From a virus, in IMG/VR virus record IMGVR_UViG_3300021197_001365, positions 1 through 64,000 of that record: DNA of 64,000 nucleotides; one strand, 5' to 3'. Below, in pieces: positions 34,743 through 43,906 of this stretch (position 1 is its first letter; every line of letters starts with the position of its first letter). The notes beneath the pieces are model-generated. The model did no database searches. It worked only from the letters and a program-made list of their open reading frames with translations, and had not been told where the DNA came from. The position numbers were made by a program, and so were the translations under genes.

Positions 34743-35702
34743 ATGAATTTACTAACAGAAAGAGAATACTATAAGCCCTTTAATTATCCTTGGGCTTACG
34801 AACACTATAAGACTCAACAACATATGCACTGGTTGCCTGATGAAGTTAATCTTGCAGATGATTTACGAGACTATCGAGATAAGTTGACTCCTGAGAATCG
34901 TCGACTTATTAATCAGATTTTTAGATTCTTTACTCAAGCTGACGTAGATGTTTGTTGTGGATATGCCAAGCATTATCTTCCAACATTTAAGCAGCCTGAA
35001 GTAAGAATGATGCTGTCTGCTTTTGCAGCAATGGAAGCAGTACATCAAGAAGCCTATTCACTTTTACTAGAAACTCTTGGCTTTGGGGACGACGAGTACC
35101 AAAAGTTCTTTGAGCATAAAGCAATGATGGATAAGCATGAGCATCTATCCAATTTTGGGATGGATACTCCTATAGATATTGCAAAAACTTTAGCAATTTA
35201 TTCTGGATTTACAGAAGGAGTACAGTTGTTTAGTAGTTTTGCAATTTTATTAAACTTTCCAAGACATAACTTGATGAAGGGTATGGGACAGATAGTAACA
35301 TGGTCAGTTCGTGATGAAACATTACACGTCGAAGGCATGAGCCAACTATTCCGTACATTTATTCAAGAAAACCCGCAACTGTGGAATGATGATCTAAAGT
35401 ATGAAATTTATTGTGCAGCAGAGCGCACAGTAGAACTAGAGGATGCTTTTATCGACTTGTGTTTTGAAGGCGCAGAAGTGCCAGATCTAACAGCACAAGA
35501 AATAAAAGAATATATTCGATACATTGCAGATCGTAGACTTCTTGGTTTGGGTATGAAAAAGATTTTTGGAAGCGAAGAGAATCCTCTACCCTGGCTAGAT
35601 TATATGTTAAACGGGGTAGAGCATACTAACTTTTTTGAAAACCGTGCCACCGAGTATGCACGCGCGAGCACTACCGGAAATTGGCAAGATATATTTAAAT
35701 AG
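34743..35702 (+). CDS. nrdB: Ribonucleotide reductase beta subunit
   Basis: FFTQAD, EAVHQEAY, EGVQLF, DETLH, NFFE. Confidence 0.96.
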   Translation: MNLLTEREYYKPFNYPWAYEHYKTQQHMHWLPDEVNLADDLRDYRDKLTPENRRLINQIFRFFTQADVDVCCGYAKHYLPTFKQPEVRMMLSAFAAMEAVHQEAYSLLLETLGFGDDEYQKFFEHKAMMDKHEHLSNFGMDTPIDIAKTLAIYSGFTEGVQLFSSFAILLNFPRHNLMKGMGQIVTWSVRDETLHVEGMSQLFRTFIQENPQLWNDDLKYEIYCAAERTVELEDAFIDLCFEGAEVPDLTAQEIKEYIRYIADRRLLGLGMKKIFGSEENPLPWLDYMLNGVEHTNFFENRATEYARASTTGNWQDIFK

Positions 35703-35711
35703 GAACCTATT

Positions 35712-35879
35712 ATGGCGAACGAAAGCATTAATCTTGATCTTTCTTTAGATGAAGTAAATATTGTGCTAAATGCTTTGGGGGAACTGCCTGCAAAAGCAAG
35801 TATGGCAGTTATTTCGAAGATTCAATCACAGGCTCAACCTCAAGTTACACCTGAGCCGGTATCTGAAGGGGCTGAATAG
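35712..35879 (+). CDS. 55-aa hypothetical protein
   Basis: AGGA SD; MANESINLDLSLDEVNIVLNALGELP. Confidence 0.65.
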   Translation: MANESINLDLSLDEVNIVLNALGELPAKASMAVISKIQSQAQPQVTPEPVSEGAE

Positions 35880-35890
35880 CCCCTTTTTTT
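35866..35890. terminator. Terminator at the early/late convergence
   Basis: AAGGGGCT-GAAT-AGCCCCTTTTTTT. Confidence 0.8.
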
Positions 35891-38555
35891 AAGCCTCTAA
35901 AGCTGCTGAGGGTCGAGTGAAGTTAGATGTATATCTTGCTTTACCTTTAGTAGTACGAACATCAAATTGATAACCAGTAAAAGTTTCACCCCCATTATGG
36001 CTAGCACCAATTCTGTATTGTGTATCGCTAAAGTTATTAGTCATACTGCTATTAGTAGTTCCTACTTGAGTTCCATCTAAAAACATTTTACCCGTATTAC
36101 CGGATCTAGAAAACGCCCAGTGGTACCAAGTACCGGTCGATACAGATCCTCCAACACCAACGATTTGTGAGCCCGAATAAACATATATTTGTCCAGAAGC
36201 GTTCAATCCCATTGTCCATCCGGTTGATGTGTTACCATTACGAGCGTCGACTATAGAATAAATTGTTCCGCTTCCGGGTAAACTAGTAACATAGAACCAA
36301 CCCTCTGCAGTAAAATCACCTGTGCCAAAATTAGCATGCCCCTCACCGTCCATTTTTAGATAATCGTTACCATCAAAGTGCATTGATGAAGTGAGATACT
36401 TAGCATAAGTAGTAGAAGTTACTGGGTCACCTTGCCGTATAATTTTTTCGGTTTGTTGTGCCTTATCGATGATTGCAGCATTTGTTCCGCTAAGAAGGAC
36501 AGTTGTGTTAGTAATTGCAGTAAGTGCTGTAGTTGGTACCGTACAGGTAGTTTGCGTAGGGTCGTATACAGTAGTACCATTTACAATTCGAAATTGTGAT
36601 ATAGTTCCATTAAAATATCCAGAAGCACCACTACCCCCTACACAGGCCGACCCAACATTAAAAATGTCTCTTGTTGTCGGCTGTGCATATGTTGGTGTCG
36701 TGGTGCTCTCTCTAATGCCATTTATAAACATCGCGGTTGTAGTACCATTGTGGGATATTGCAATATGATACCAACGACCAACGACCATAGTAGAAGTACT
36801 TGAGAAACCGCCGTTACTGCCCCCAGTATTCCAATACCACGACATTCCTGCAGAACCGTTAGTTTGCAAAGTATAAGCTACCCCAGCGCTACCACTCCAA
36901 GCAGAGCCGGAACCTCCCCCGCGTTGGACTATGTTATTACCCTCATTAGTAGCTTCAAGTTTGTACCACGCTTCTAAGGTCCAAGAACCAGACGTCGTTA
37001 AATCCATAGCGGTGTTGTTATTAGCAACTCGAAGAAAGTCTCCTGTACCATCAAAGTCCATTGAACCCCCATGGGTTGCTGCTGCATATTCAAGGTAGTC
37101 GTAAGGGCTGTAAGGTTCTGTAACTGGATCTCCAGCTAAAGTTATAGTATGCTTATCTGTGGAACCATCCGCAATATAAGGTAAATGACAAGTAAGTAAC
37201 TTAGTATTTGTTACTGCTGTTAAAGGCTCTGTAGGTGCGGTAAATGCAGAAGTATATACAGCGGTACCTTTTACAAATCTAACGTCTCTTATATAGCCAT
37301 TTAAATTATTACCATATTGATGTGACCCAATTCTAATTCTATTATTAGCATAATTAGTACTATTTGACGCACTATATTTTAAAGCCCCGTCAATATATAA
37401 ATATAAAGTAGAGGCATCCCTAACAAGGGCTAAATGATACCACTTATTTAAATCAATAATATCGTGATTGGTACCACTTCCTACATTTCCTGTTAACCAA
37501 TCTGAGTCGACTATACCAATACTATCATTTGTGTGGTAATAAAAAATGTTCATTACATTAGTTGAACCACTCATAAGAGCAAGAAGAGTATACTGTGTAT
37601 CTGCGTTAACTTGAAACCAACATTCTAAAGTAAACTGCCCAGTACCAACTTGAAATGATGAAATATTTGTAGGAGTTTCTAAATAGTCCCCGGTACCATC
37701 AAAATAAGTCGAATACCCCCCAGACCGGGTAGGGCTAACTGTGCGTTGAAATACGTCTCCGGAAGCGGTAACAGTATGTGTACTAGAACTAGAGTCTACA
37801 AAACTATTATTCAAGGCACTAGCATTATTACCCCCAGCAGCTGTAATTAGTGACGTAGTAAACTTACTATCAGGAATTTGCAAAATAAATTCAAGAGTAA
37901 AAGTAGATGCCGCTGTTGCGATATTAACACCATCTGAAGCACGGAATGTTAAACTAAACGAACCCGAGTTATCAGTATTTGTAGAGGGTGTAATAGTAAA
38001 TACATTTGTATTTGATCCCGTTCCCTGAGTTACAGCCGCAACATTGCCAGACGTATCTGAAGCAATACTAAAAGTAACCGGCAATCCTTCCGGATCAGTT
38101 GCAACGATTGTAACTATAGTTGCTGTACCATCCGTTGCTAGCGAATAAGCGGCATTAGCCCCACTAATAGTTGGGGTTGTATTGATTAGCGCAATATTGT
38201 ACCAACCATTGTCGCTCTGAATATATAAACGATTTGTAGAATCAACTAGAGCCATGGAGCCTTCTGATACAGAAGAGGGGGCGGGTAAGTTGTCCAGAGT
38301 AGAGTATACAGTTACACCAGCGCCTGAGCCTCCTGCATTATTATCAACATAGTCTTTAACAGCGGCAGAGGTAGGTAAAGTAGTATCATTATCATTATTT
38401 CCAATACCCTCTGATTCAGTAACTAATGAAGCAGGAGCTAGTTTTGATGAAGTAATAGTTGAATCCGCAATTTGAGATGCGGCATCTGCTAACTTACCGT
38501 CGCTATTAAGTCCTCTTAAAAATTCTGCAACTAGTCTGCCTTTTGACTTTGACAT
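35889..38555 (-). CDS. Tail fibre/adhesin with cadherin-like and three LamG/ConA-like domains
   Basis: Three FDG.GD..FT.E.W..WYH.A..R repeats; ATDPEG Ig-like segment. Confidence 0.85.
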   Translation of the reverse strand: MSKSKGRLVAEFLRGLNSDGKLADAASQIADSTITSSKLAPASLVTESEGIGNNDNDTTLPTSAAVKDYVDNNAGGSGAGVTVYSTLDNLPAPSSVSEGSMALVDSTNRLYIQSDNGWYNIALINTTPTISGANAAYSLATDGTATIVTIVATDPEGLPVTFSIASDTSGNVAAVTQGTGSNTNVFTITPSTNTDNSGSFSLTFRASDGVNIATAASTFTLEFILQIPDSKFTTSLITAAGGNNASALNNSFVDSSSSTHTVTASGDVFQRTVSPTRSGGYSTYFDGTGDYLETPTNISSFQVGTGQFTLECWFQVNADTQYTLLALMSGSTNVMNIFYYHTNDSIGIVDSDWLTGNVGSGTNHDIIDLNKWYHLALVRDASTLYLYIDGALKYSASNSTNYANNRIRIGSHQYGNNLNGYIRDVRFVKGTAVYTSAFTAPTEPLTAVTNTKLLTCHLPYIADGSTDKHTITLAGDPVTEPYSPYDYLEYAAATHGGSMDFDGTGDFLRVANNNTAMDLTTSGSWTLEAWYKLEATNEGNNIVQRGGGSGSAWSGSAGVAYTLQTNGSAGMSWYWNTGGSNGGFSSTSTMVVGRWYHIAISHNGTTTAMFINGIRESTTTPTYAQPTTRDIFNVGSACVGGSGASGYFNGTISQFRIVNGTTVYDPTQTTCTVPTTALTAITNTTVLLSGTNAAIIDKAQQTEKIIRQGDPVTSTTYAKYLTSSMHFDGNDYLKMDGEGHANFGTGDFTAEGWFYVTSLPGSGTIYSIVDARNGNTSTGWTMGLNASGQIYVYSGSQIVGVGGSVSTGTWYHWAFSRSGNTGKMFLDGTQVGTTNSSMTNNFSDTQYRIGASHNGGETFTGYQFDVRTTKGKARYTSNFTRPSAALEA

Positions 38556-38558
38556 TTA

Positions 38559-39059
38559 TTACTCCGGTTTTGTAGGCCAGGTTATGTTATTTGGAAACTC
38601 TGACTGCTGCGGCACATCTCGAAGTGCTTGTCTGTATGTTTTCATTGCATCTGCCATTGTTACGTCTGAAAGTGCAAAATGGTCTGTTTCTTTGAGTAAG
38701 TTGTCTCGTGTAGAGCGTTCTTGAATTGCTTTTTCATTGTTTATTCTAGCTGTATGCGCTGTTTGTTGTGCAGATACAGTTTGTACATTCCCTTCTTCAT
38801 CTGTGTATTCTGTAAACATTTCTCTTTCAACCCACGCATACACCCAGTTTCCGTTAGAATCTTGTACTGCCCCATTTCTGCCAACTACTTTAAATTCTCC
38901 ACTCGGGGTCGGAGCGGGTGCAGCAAGCACAGGATCAATTCCTAAAGCTTCAAATACATTTATATTCCATACTTTTGGAAAAGAAACATTTCTATTCTCA
39001 AGTCGGAGATCTGTTTTGGATTTGAGCTCTCCGCTTGCTCGTATTCTATATTCGCTCAT
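38559..39059 (-). CDS. Tail fibre assembly chaperone-like protein
   Basis: RDNLLKETD..YRQALRDVPQQ..WPTKPE. Confidence 0.85.
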   Translation of the reverse strand: MSEYRIRASGELKSKTDLRLENRNVSFPKVWNINVFEALGIDPVLAAPAPTPSGEFKVVGRNGAVQDSNGNWVYAWVEREMFTEYTDEEGNVQTVSAQQTAHTARINNEKAIQERSTRDNLLKETDHFALSDVTMADAMKTYRQALRDVPQQSEFPNNITWPTKPE

Positions 39060-39069
39060 TTTTTATCTC

Positions 39070-40053
39070 CTATGCGATTGCTAAAAATAAGTAAGTTTCA
39101 CTGCTTCTGTTGCTGTCGCTATCATTTCCAAACACCTCGAACCCGCTTGATTGTGGGTTAACATCCACTGGCGAGTTTGTTGTTTCTGCCGCAGTCTGAT
39201 TAACAATCAGATAATTATCAAGACCCGATGTAATCCCTCTGGCGCTGTCCCATATAAACCAGTTAGCCGACCCGCTTGTTTGCTTAATCATTACAAACCT
39301 AGCCCCGCTACTAAAACCACAGTCTATAGTCTGAGTGGATCCACTGCCCGTATAAGTGCCAACCTTAGATATGCCATCTACCGTAGCAAAGAGATACGCA
39401 ACCTTTTTTATTTCTTCAGTACCACCACCAAAGTTACTAACAGAAGTAGACGAATAAGTGCCAAATGAAAGACCGTTTTCCAATGCGGCGGTTAAATGAA
39501 AATACCCCCTTTTGTTTATAAGAGGGACGTCCACCGACCAATTACTAGTGGTTATATAAGGGCCACCGGAACGAGTGTCATGATATGCCTTGACAATAGC
39601 TAGTTGTGGAGTGGCTCCTAAATTATGGGATATTGCTGTTGTTGAGCCGTCTTCAATCCAAGTTACTACGTCAAAGAATCCCGGCGCTTGGCGAAATGTC
39701 CAAGAAACAAAATTACCGCTTGATTCATTTACACCGGCTTCACTGCCCAGCGAAAAACCGTTTGAGTTAAAAGCAGTTACAGAATTTGCTGTAGTTTGCT
39801 CGACGGCAGTTCTGTCTGAGTTAAGGGTCTTGTTAACTCCCCGATTGGTATCTACCAAAAAATGATTTCTAATTGAGTCGCGTTGTTTAATCCAAACAAG
39901 ACCGCCTTCGCCAGAAAGATTAATGTCGTTGGTTATGCTCTGAGTGGAGCTATTGCCTGTGTAAGTTGTTGGTGAAAAAACATCAACAGCGTCAAAACTT
40001 GCGCCGGCATTGCCAGCCGCCGCCGCAAGTAGTTTTAAGGCTCCGTTACTCAT
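39070..40053 (-). CDS. Virion structural/fibre-associated protein
   Basis: Repeated YTGNSSTQSI..LVWIKQR / YTGSGSTQTI..FVMIKQ modules. Confidence 0.75.
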   Translation of the reverse strand: MSNGALKLLAAAAGNAGASFDAVDVFSPTTYTGNSSTQSITNDINLSGEGGLVWIKQRDSIRNHFLVDTNRGVNKTLNSDRTAVEQTTANSVTAFNSNGFSLGSEAGVNESSGNFVSWTFRQAPGFFDVVTWIEDGSTTAISHNLGATPQLAIVKAYHDTRSGGPYITTSNWSVDVPLINKRGYFHLTAALENGLSFGTYSSTSVSNFGGGTEEIKKVAYLFATVDGISKVGTYTGSGSTQTIDCGFSSGARFVMIKQTSGSANWFIWDSARGITSGLDNYLIVNQTAAETTNSPVDVNPQSSGFEVFGNDSDSNRSSETYLFLAIA

Positions 40054-40943
40054 TAGCCCATCGCCTGTCCAGCAGTAAAGCCGTAATAAGTTGTGCCACC
40101 ATCATAAGTTATAAATACAAATACATCTACACCAGCATTTGTAGCTGTTATAGTTGGAGCAGTCGCGGCCGCCCAGTCTACACTAGAAGGCCAAGTAATT
40201 GTTCGTGCGCTACTATCTTGAATAACTTTTAGACTAAAAATAGTAGGCTTACCTGATGCTCCTGGATTGCTAAATGTATAAGTTACATTTTCTGATAAAG
40301 TATGTGTAAAGTTATCTCCAAGTTGTAAATTTAAAGTTGCAGCATTTGAGCTTGAAGTAATCGCTGTAGACTTACTTACAGTACCTTTATCAAAATTTAC
40401 AACTCCGTTTGCATCCGCAGTTACAGCCTTAGACGCCGCCGTTAACCCAAGCGTAGCAATATCTAAGTAATTAAGCTCTGCGGTAGTAGCAGTAACACCG
40501 TCAAGAAGATTAAGTTCCGTAGCGGTTGCAGTAACCGCTACATTCTCGTTTATTTTAGGAGATGTTAAAGTTTTGTTGGTCAATGTATCTGTTGTTGCTC
40601 TACCCACTAAAGTGTCAGTGCCGGTTGGAAGCGTAAGAGTTACATTACCACTATAAGCACTATGAGCGGCAGACTGTAATTGAGTATAGTGTGCATTACT
40701 GGATTCACAATAAAATTTAATATTTGAAACGGAACCTGAATTTTTAAGTACAATTTCTCCAGATTGAATATCTACGTTACCATCGAGGCGTACAAGACCG
40801 CTACCATTTGGAGTAATTGCAATATTACCATTTGATACACTAACTAATCCATTTCCATTTACATCCAAATCGCCCCCAAGTTGAGGGGTAGTATCCTCTA
40901 CTACTGCTGGTGCTGTCCCCGGCTGTATGCCAATAAAAGCCAT
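40053..40943 (-). CDS. Virion structural/fibre protein
   Basis: DTTPQLGGDLD, TLTNKTLTSP, TATELNLLDG repeats. Confidence 0.75.
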   Translation of the reverse strand: MAFIGIQPGTAPAVVEDTTPQLGGDLDVNGNGLVSVSNGNIAITPNGSGLVRLDGNVDIQSGEIVLKNSGSVSNIKFYCESSNAHYTQLQSAAHSAYSGNVTLTLPTGTDTLVGRATTDTLTNKTLTSPKINENVAVTATATELNLLDGVTATTAELNYLDIATLGLTAASKAVTADANGVVNFDKGTVSKSTAITSSSNAATLNLQLGDNFTHTLSENVTYTFSNPGASGKPTIFSLKVIQDSSARTITWPSSVDWAAATAPTITATNAGVDVFVFITYDGGTTYYGFTAGQAMG

Positions 40944-41278
40944 TATGTAATCTCCATAATACCAAGAGTTGCATCAAGTGCTGACCCGGTTCCTGCTTTT
41001 ACACGCAGAACATCTGTAGCTTCAAGAACATACTTTTGCCCGCTCAGCAATTCTAAAGACGTCCTGGCAGGTATACTAACTGTATCGATTACCTGAAAAT
41101 CTGCATTTGAAGCTGAGGTATCTTGAAACTGAACTGTTGCAGTTACAGAACTCGCTGTTTTATTGCAAAGAGTTAACCCAAGAACTATTGTAGTCGTGGA
41201 AGCAGGAACAGTATACAAATCTACAAAAGAAGAGTTGCTTACGCTTGCTGCAAAAGCATTTTTAAAAGTATTTGCCAT
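40943..41278 (-). CDS. Small beta-sandwich virion protein
   Basis: MANTFKN..LYTVPASTT..KYVLEATDVL; coupled in the late operon. Confidence 0.7.
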   Translation of the reverse strand: MANTFKNAFAASVSNSSFVDLYTVPASTTTIVLGLTLCNKTASSVTATVQFQDTSASNADFQVIDTVSIPARTSLELLSGQKYVLEATDVLRVKAGTGSALDATLGIMEIT

Positions 41279-41282
41279 AATT

Positions 41283-41984
41283 TTATCCTAAAGCAATCGC
41301 CAATGCGGTTGCATCATCCAGTACAGAATTTACAGTTAGTTTTCTTCCTAAATCTATTATATAATCAATTACGTCGCCAGTAACAAGAGCTGGAGCAAAT
41401 GTAATTGTTGATCCAGATATAGTAAAAGAGTCTCCAGGTTCTTGTGTTATACCATTTACTGATACAATCAATGCATTTTGATGTGACGGAGTATAGGCAG
41501 CACTACTTACTGTCATAGAGTATGCCGCTTGATTATTAACAGTACTAATAGCATCCAGCTTTGTAGGAGTAACACTATCTACCGTGCTTCCAAAAGTTAA
41601 AATGCGAACTTCATCATTTGCAGCTAATGCTGTCGTAAATACTACGGAAGTTCCATTTGTAGCAGTATAGTCCACAGAATCATCTTGTAATATTCCATTA
41701 AGAAATACCATAATAGATCCAGCTGTATATATTAAACTTTGTGATCCTGTATCATTACCACTAAAAGTTGTTTGACTGCCACTGGCCGTATATTCAAATT
41801 CTTTAATAGCAACCGTAGAGCTTGATAAAAGAGCCTCAGAAGTTCCTAACTCTTTTATTGTACCAGAATCATTTATAAAAAGTTTTTGTGCAGAAGTATC
41901 TACAGCAACTTCACCACTAGCAATATTACTAGTAGTAGGAGTACTGGTACCTCTTTTTAATTTTATTACTTGATTCGTTGCCAC
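41283..41984 (-). CDS. Virion structural/fibre protein
   Basis: IKLKRGT..GEVAV; VFLNGILQ and VSVNGITQEPG repeats. Confidence 0.75.
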   Translation of the reverse strand: MATNQVIKLKRGTSTPTTSNIASGEVAVDTSAQKLFINDSGTIKELGTSEALLSSSTVAIKEFEYTASGSQTTFSGNDTGSQSLIYTAGSIMVFLNGILQDDSVDYTATNGTSVVFTTALAANDEVRILTFGSTVDSVTPTKLDAISTVNNQAAYSMTVSSAAYTPSHQNALIVSVNGITQEPGDSFTISGSTITFAPALVTGDVIDYIIDLGRKLTVNSVLDDATALAIALG

Positions 41985-41995
41985 TGTACCGCTCC

Positions 41996-43039
41996 TTAGT
42001 AGGTGCCGCCATCAATTGTATTTAGAGTGACTGCCCCTGTTGATACATCAAATTGTCCAGAATCAAAAGACGCCACGCCTTTTGTAGAAGCAGTTGCAGT
42101 TGCAACAGTTACTTGGCCGTTTGAGGCCGTAACATTCGTTCCAGAAATACTAGAAATGAAATCTACGATTGATTCTTTTGCAGAAGTACCTGAAGCACCT
42201 CCATCAAAGAAAAATAAGTAATCAGTGTTAACAGCCGCAGTTGCCTCTGTAACACTAGCAGCATCTAAACCCGCAGCATTTGCATCGAGAATACCAGTAC
42301 TACCACTAAATACTTCTGAAGAATTTGTAGCATCTGGGATAAAAGTAAACTTACCTGTGCTATCATCAAATCCAAAGAAACCTAATTTTGCACCTGATCC
42401 AGTATGATATCGAAATTCAATACCACGATCTTTATTATCGTCAGATCCAGGCGCAGAATCGCCACCAAGAGTAAATACTGGGTCATCTACAGTCGTGGTA
42501 GTAGAGTTTACAGTAGTTGTAGTCCCATTTACCGTAAGATTTCCAGTTACAGTAAGACCCCCAGCCATTGTAATAGTAACATCTGTACCATCACCAATAG
42601 TAGTGCTATCACTAATTGCAGTAAGTCGAGTACGCAAATTTGCAACACTTACGTCCACATCCGAAGTAGAAACGCTTCCAAAAGATAATGTACCACTACC
42701 ATTTGTTTGTAATACTTGAGTGTTAGAACCGTCTGAAGTCGGTAAAGTAAAAGCACTTACAAAAGAGGCTAAGTTTGCATCATGTACAAGAGTATCTACT
42801 CCAGGCTCTATATCCAGCAGTTGTTGAATCTCGCCTTTTGTAATACCTGTTGCAAGTACAGGAGCTCCCGCATTATTTTTAATTGCACCGCCTACGGCAA
42901 TTGGAGTATTTGCTGCTCCCGGGTCTCCGATATAAAATGTATCCGTTCCTTTTGTATAAGCAAGCTCACCTGAAGCCAACGTAGACGGGGCCGAAGAGCC
43001 GGTAGAACGTTTAATTTTTATGGTTTGTGTGGATGCCAT
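41996..43039 (-). CDS. Tail fibre-like protein
   Basis: IKIKRSTG..LASGELAY; GNLTVNGTTTTVNS; C-terminal IDGGTY. Confidence 0.75.
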   Translation of the reverse strand: MASTQTIKIKRSTGSSAPSTLASGELAYTKGTDTFYIGDPGAANTPIAVGGAIKNNAGAPVLATGITKGEIQQLLDIEPGVDTLVHDANLASFVSAFTLPTSDGSNTQVLQTNGSGTLSFGSVSTSDVDVSVANLRTRLTAISDSTTIGDGTDVTITMAGGLTVTGNLTVNGTTTTVNSTTTTVDDPVFTLGGDSAPGSDDNKDRGIEFRYHTGSGAKLGFFGFDDSTGKFTFIPDATNSSEVFSGSTGILDANAAGLDAASVTEATAAVNTDYLFFFDGGASGTSAKESIVDFISSISGTNVTASNGQVTVATATASTKGVASFDSGQFDVSTGAVTLNTIDGGTY

Positions 43040-43057
43040 AATTTAAATTCCTGTGGC

Positions 43058-43468
43058 TTAGTAAAGCCCTCCATCTAATGTGTCTGAGTCTGCGGCTCCG
43101 ATTGCTATGGGTTGCCATTCAAATGTACCCGGCGAGACCTCTCTGTAGATGTATAAAGTTTCTGTATCAGTTTCGTACCAAATGTCCCCTTGCTCCACTC
43201 TATCACCGCTAGGTGCAGAAGTACCACGAAAACTTTGGTCAGCTAAAATCTTTAGTGCCTCGTCTAAGAATCCAGACGGGATTGTATTGTGTGCTTGTAC
43301 TGTTACACTGGAAGCGTCTATCACTCCAGGAACTGCCGTAGGCACTGCTAAATTATATGCTTGAATAGTAGTAACGTCGTCAGTAAGATTTATAGATATT
43401 TGGTCGCCTGTTGCAGCAATTTCTGACACACTTTCAGTTACTTCAATTACTGTAGAAACTGTGGACAT
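43058..43468 (-). CDS. Virion structural protein
   Basis: SAP..GDIWYET; C-terminal LDGGLY. Confidence 0.7.
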   Translation of the reverse strand: MSTVSTVIEVTESVSEIAATGDQISINLTDDVTTIQAYNLAVPTAVPGVIDASSVTVQAHNTIPSGFLDEALKILADQSFRGTSAPSGDRVEQGDIWYETDTETLYIYREVSPGTFEWQPIAIGAADSDTLDGGLY

Positions 43469-43839
43469 TATCTAGTAACCTCAGGATTTATTGTAGCATT
43501 TCCTTGAATTATTCTTTTTACTACCGCATCACTGCTTGTAAATATTTCTACATCATATACATATTGACCGGCCGGTATATCTTTTGAACCACTTCGAGTA
43601 ACGCCCGAAGAATCTGTCCAATTTCCATTGGGAAGCTCCACTTTAAGAGACCCCGTAGAAGCATTAGTTACTGTAACTTTAAGATACCCCGAAACGGCAG
43701 TCGCTGTATGAGACGAGCGCAGCTGTCCACGACCTGCGTAGTTAGATAAATTTTTAGCAGTTCCCGATTCTTTGATTACTAAATCAACCGCAAAGTCGGA
43801 TCCTTGGTCAATGAATAAGTTGTAAGTAGCTGCGCTCAT
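43468..43839 (-). CDS. Tail-fibre collar/adaptor (T5 p132/BppU-like)
   Basis: IDQGSDF..YVYDVEI..RIIQGNATINPEVTR; promoter at 43860-43888. Confidence 0.75.
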   Translation of the reverse strand: MSAATYNLFIDQGSDFAVDLVIKESGTAKNLSNYAGRGQLRSSHTATAVSGYLKVTVTNASTGSLKVELPNGNWTDSSGVTRSGSKDIPAGQYVYDVEIFTSSDAVVKRIIQGNATINPEVTR

Positions 43840-43906
43840 TTAAAGTTCTCCATGATGAAATTATAACAAAAGGGACATTTTATGTCAAGTGTTATTTTTT
43901 TGGTGG

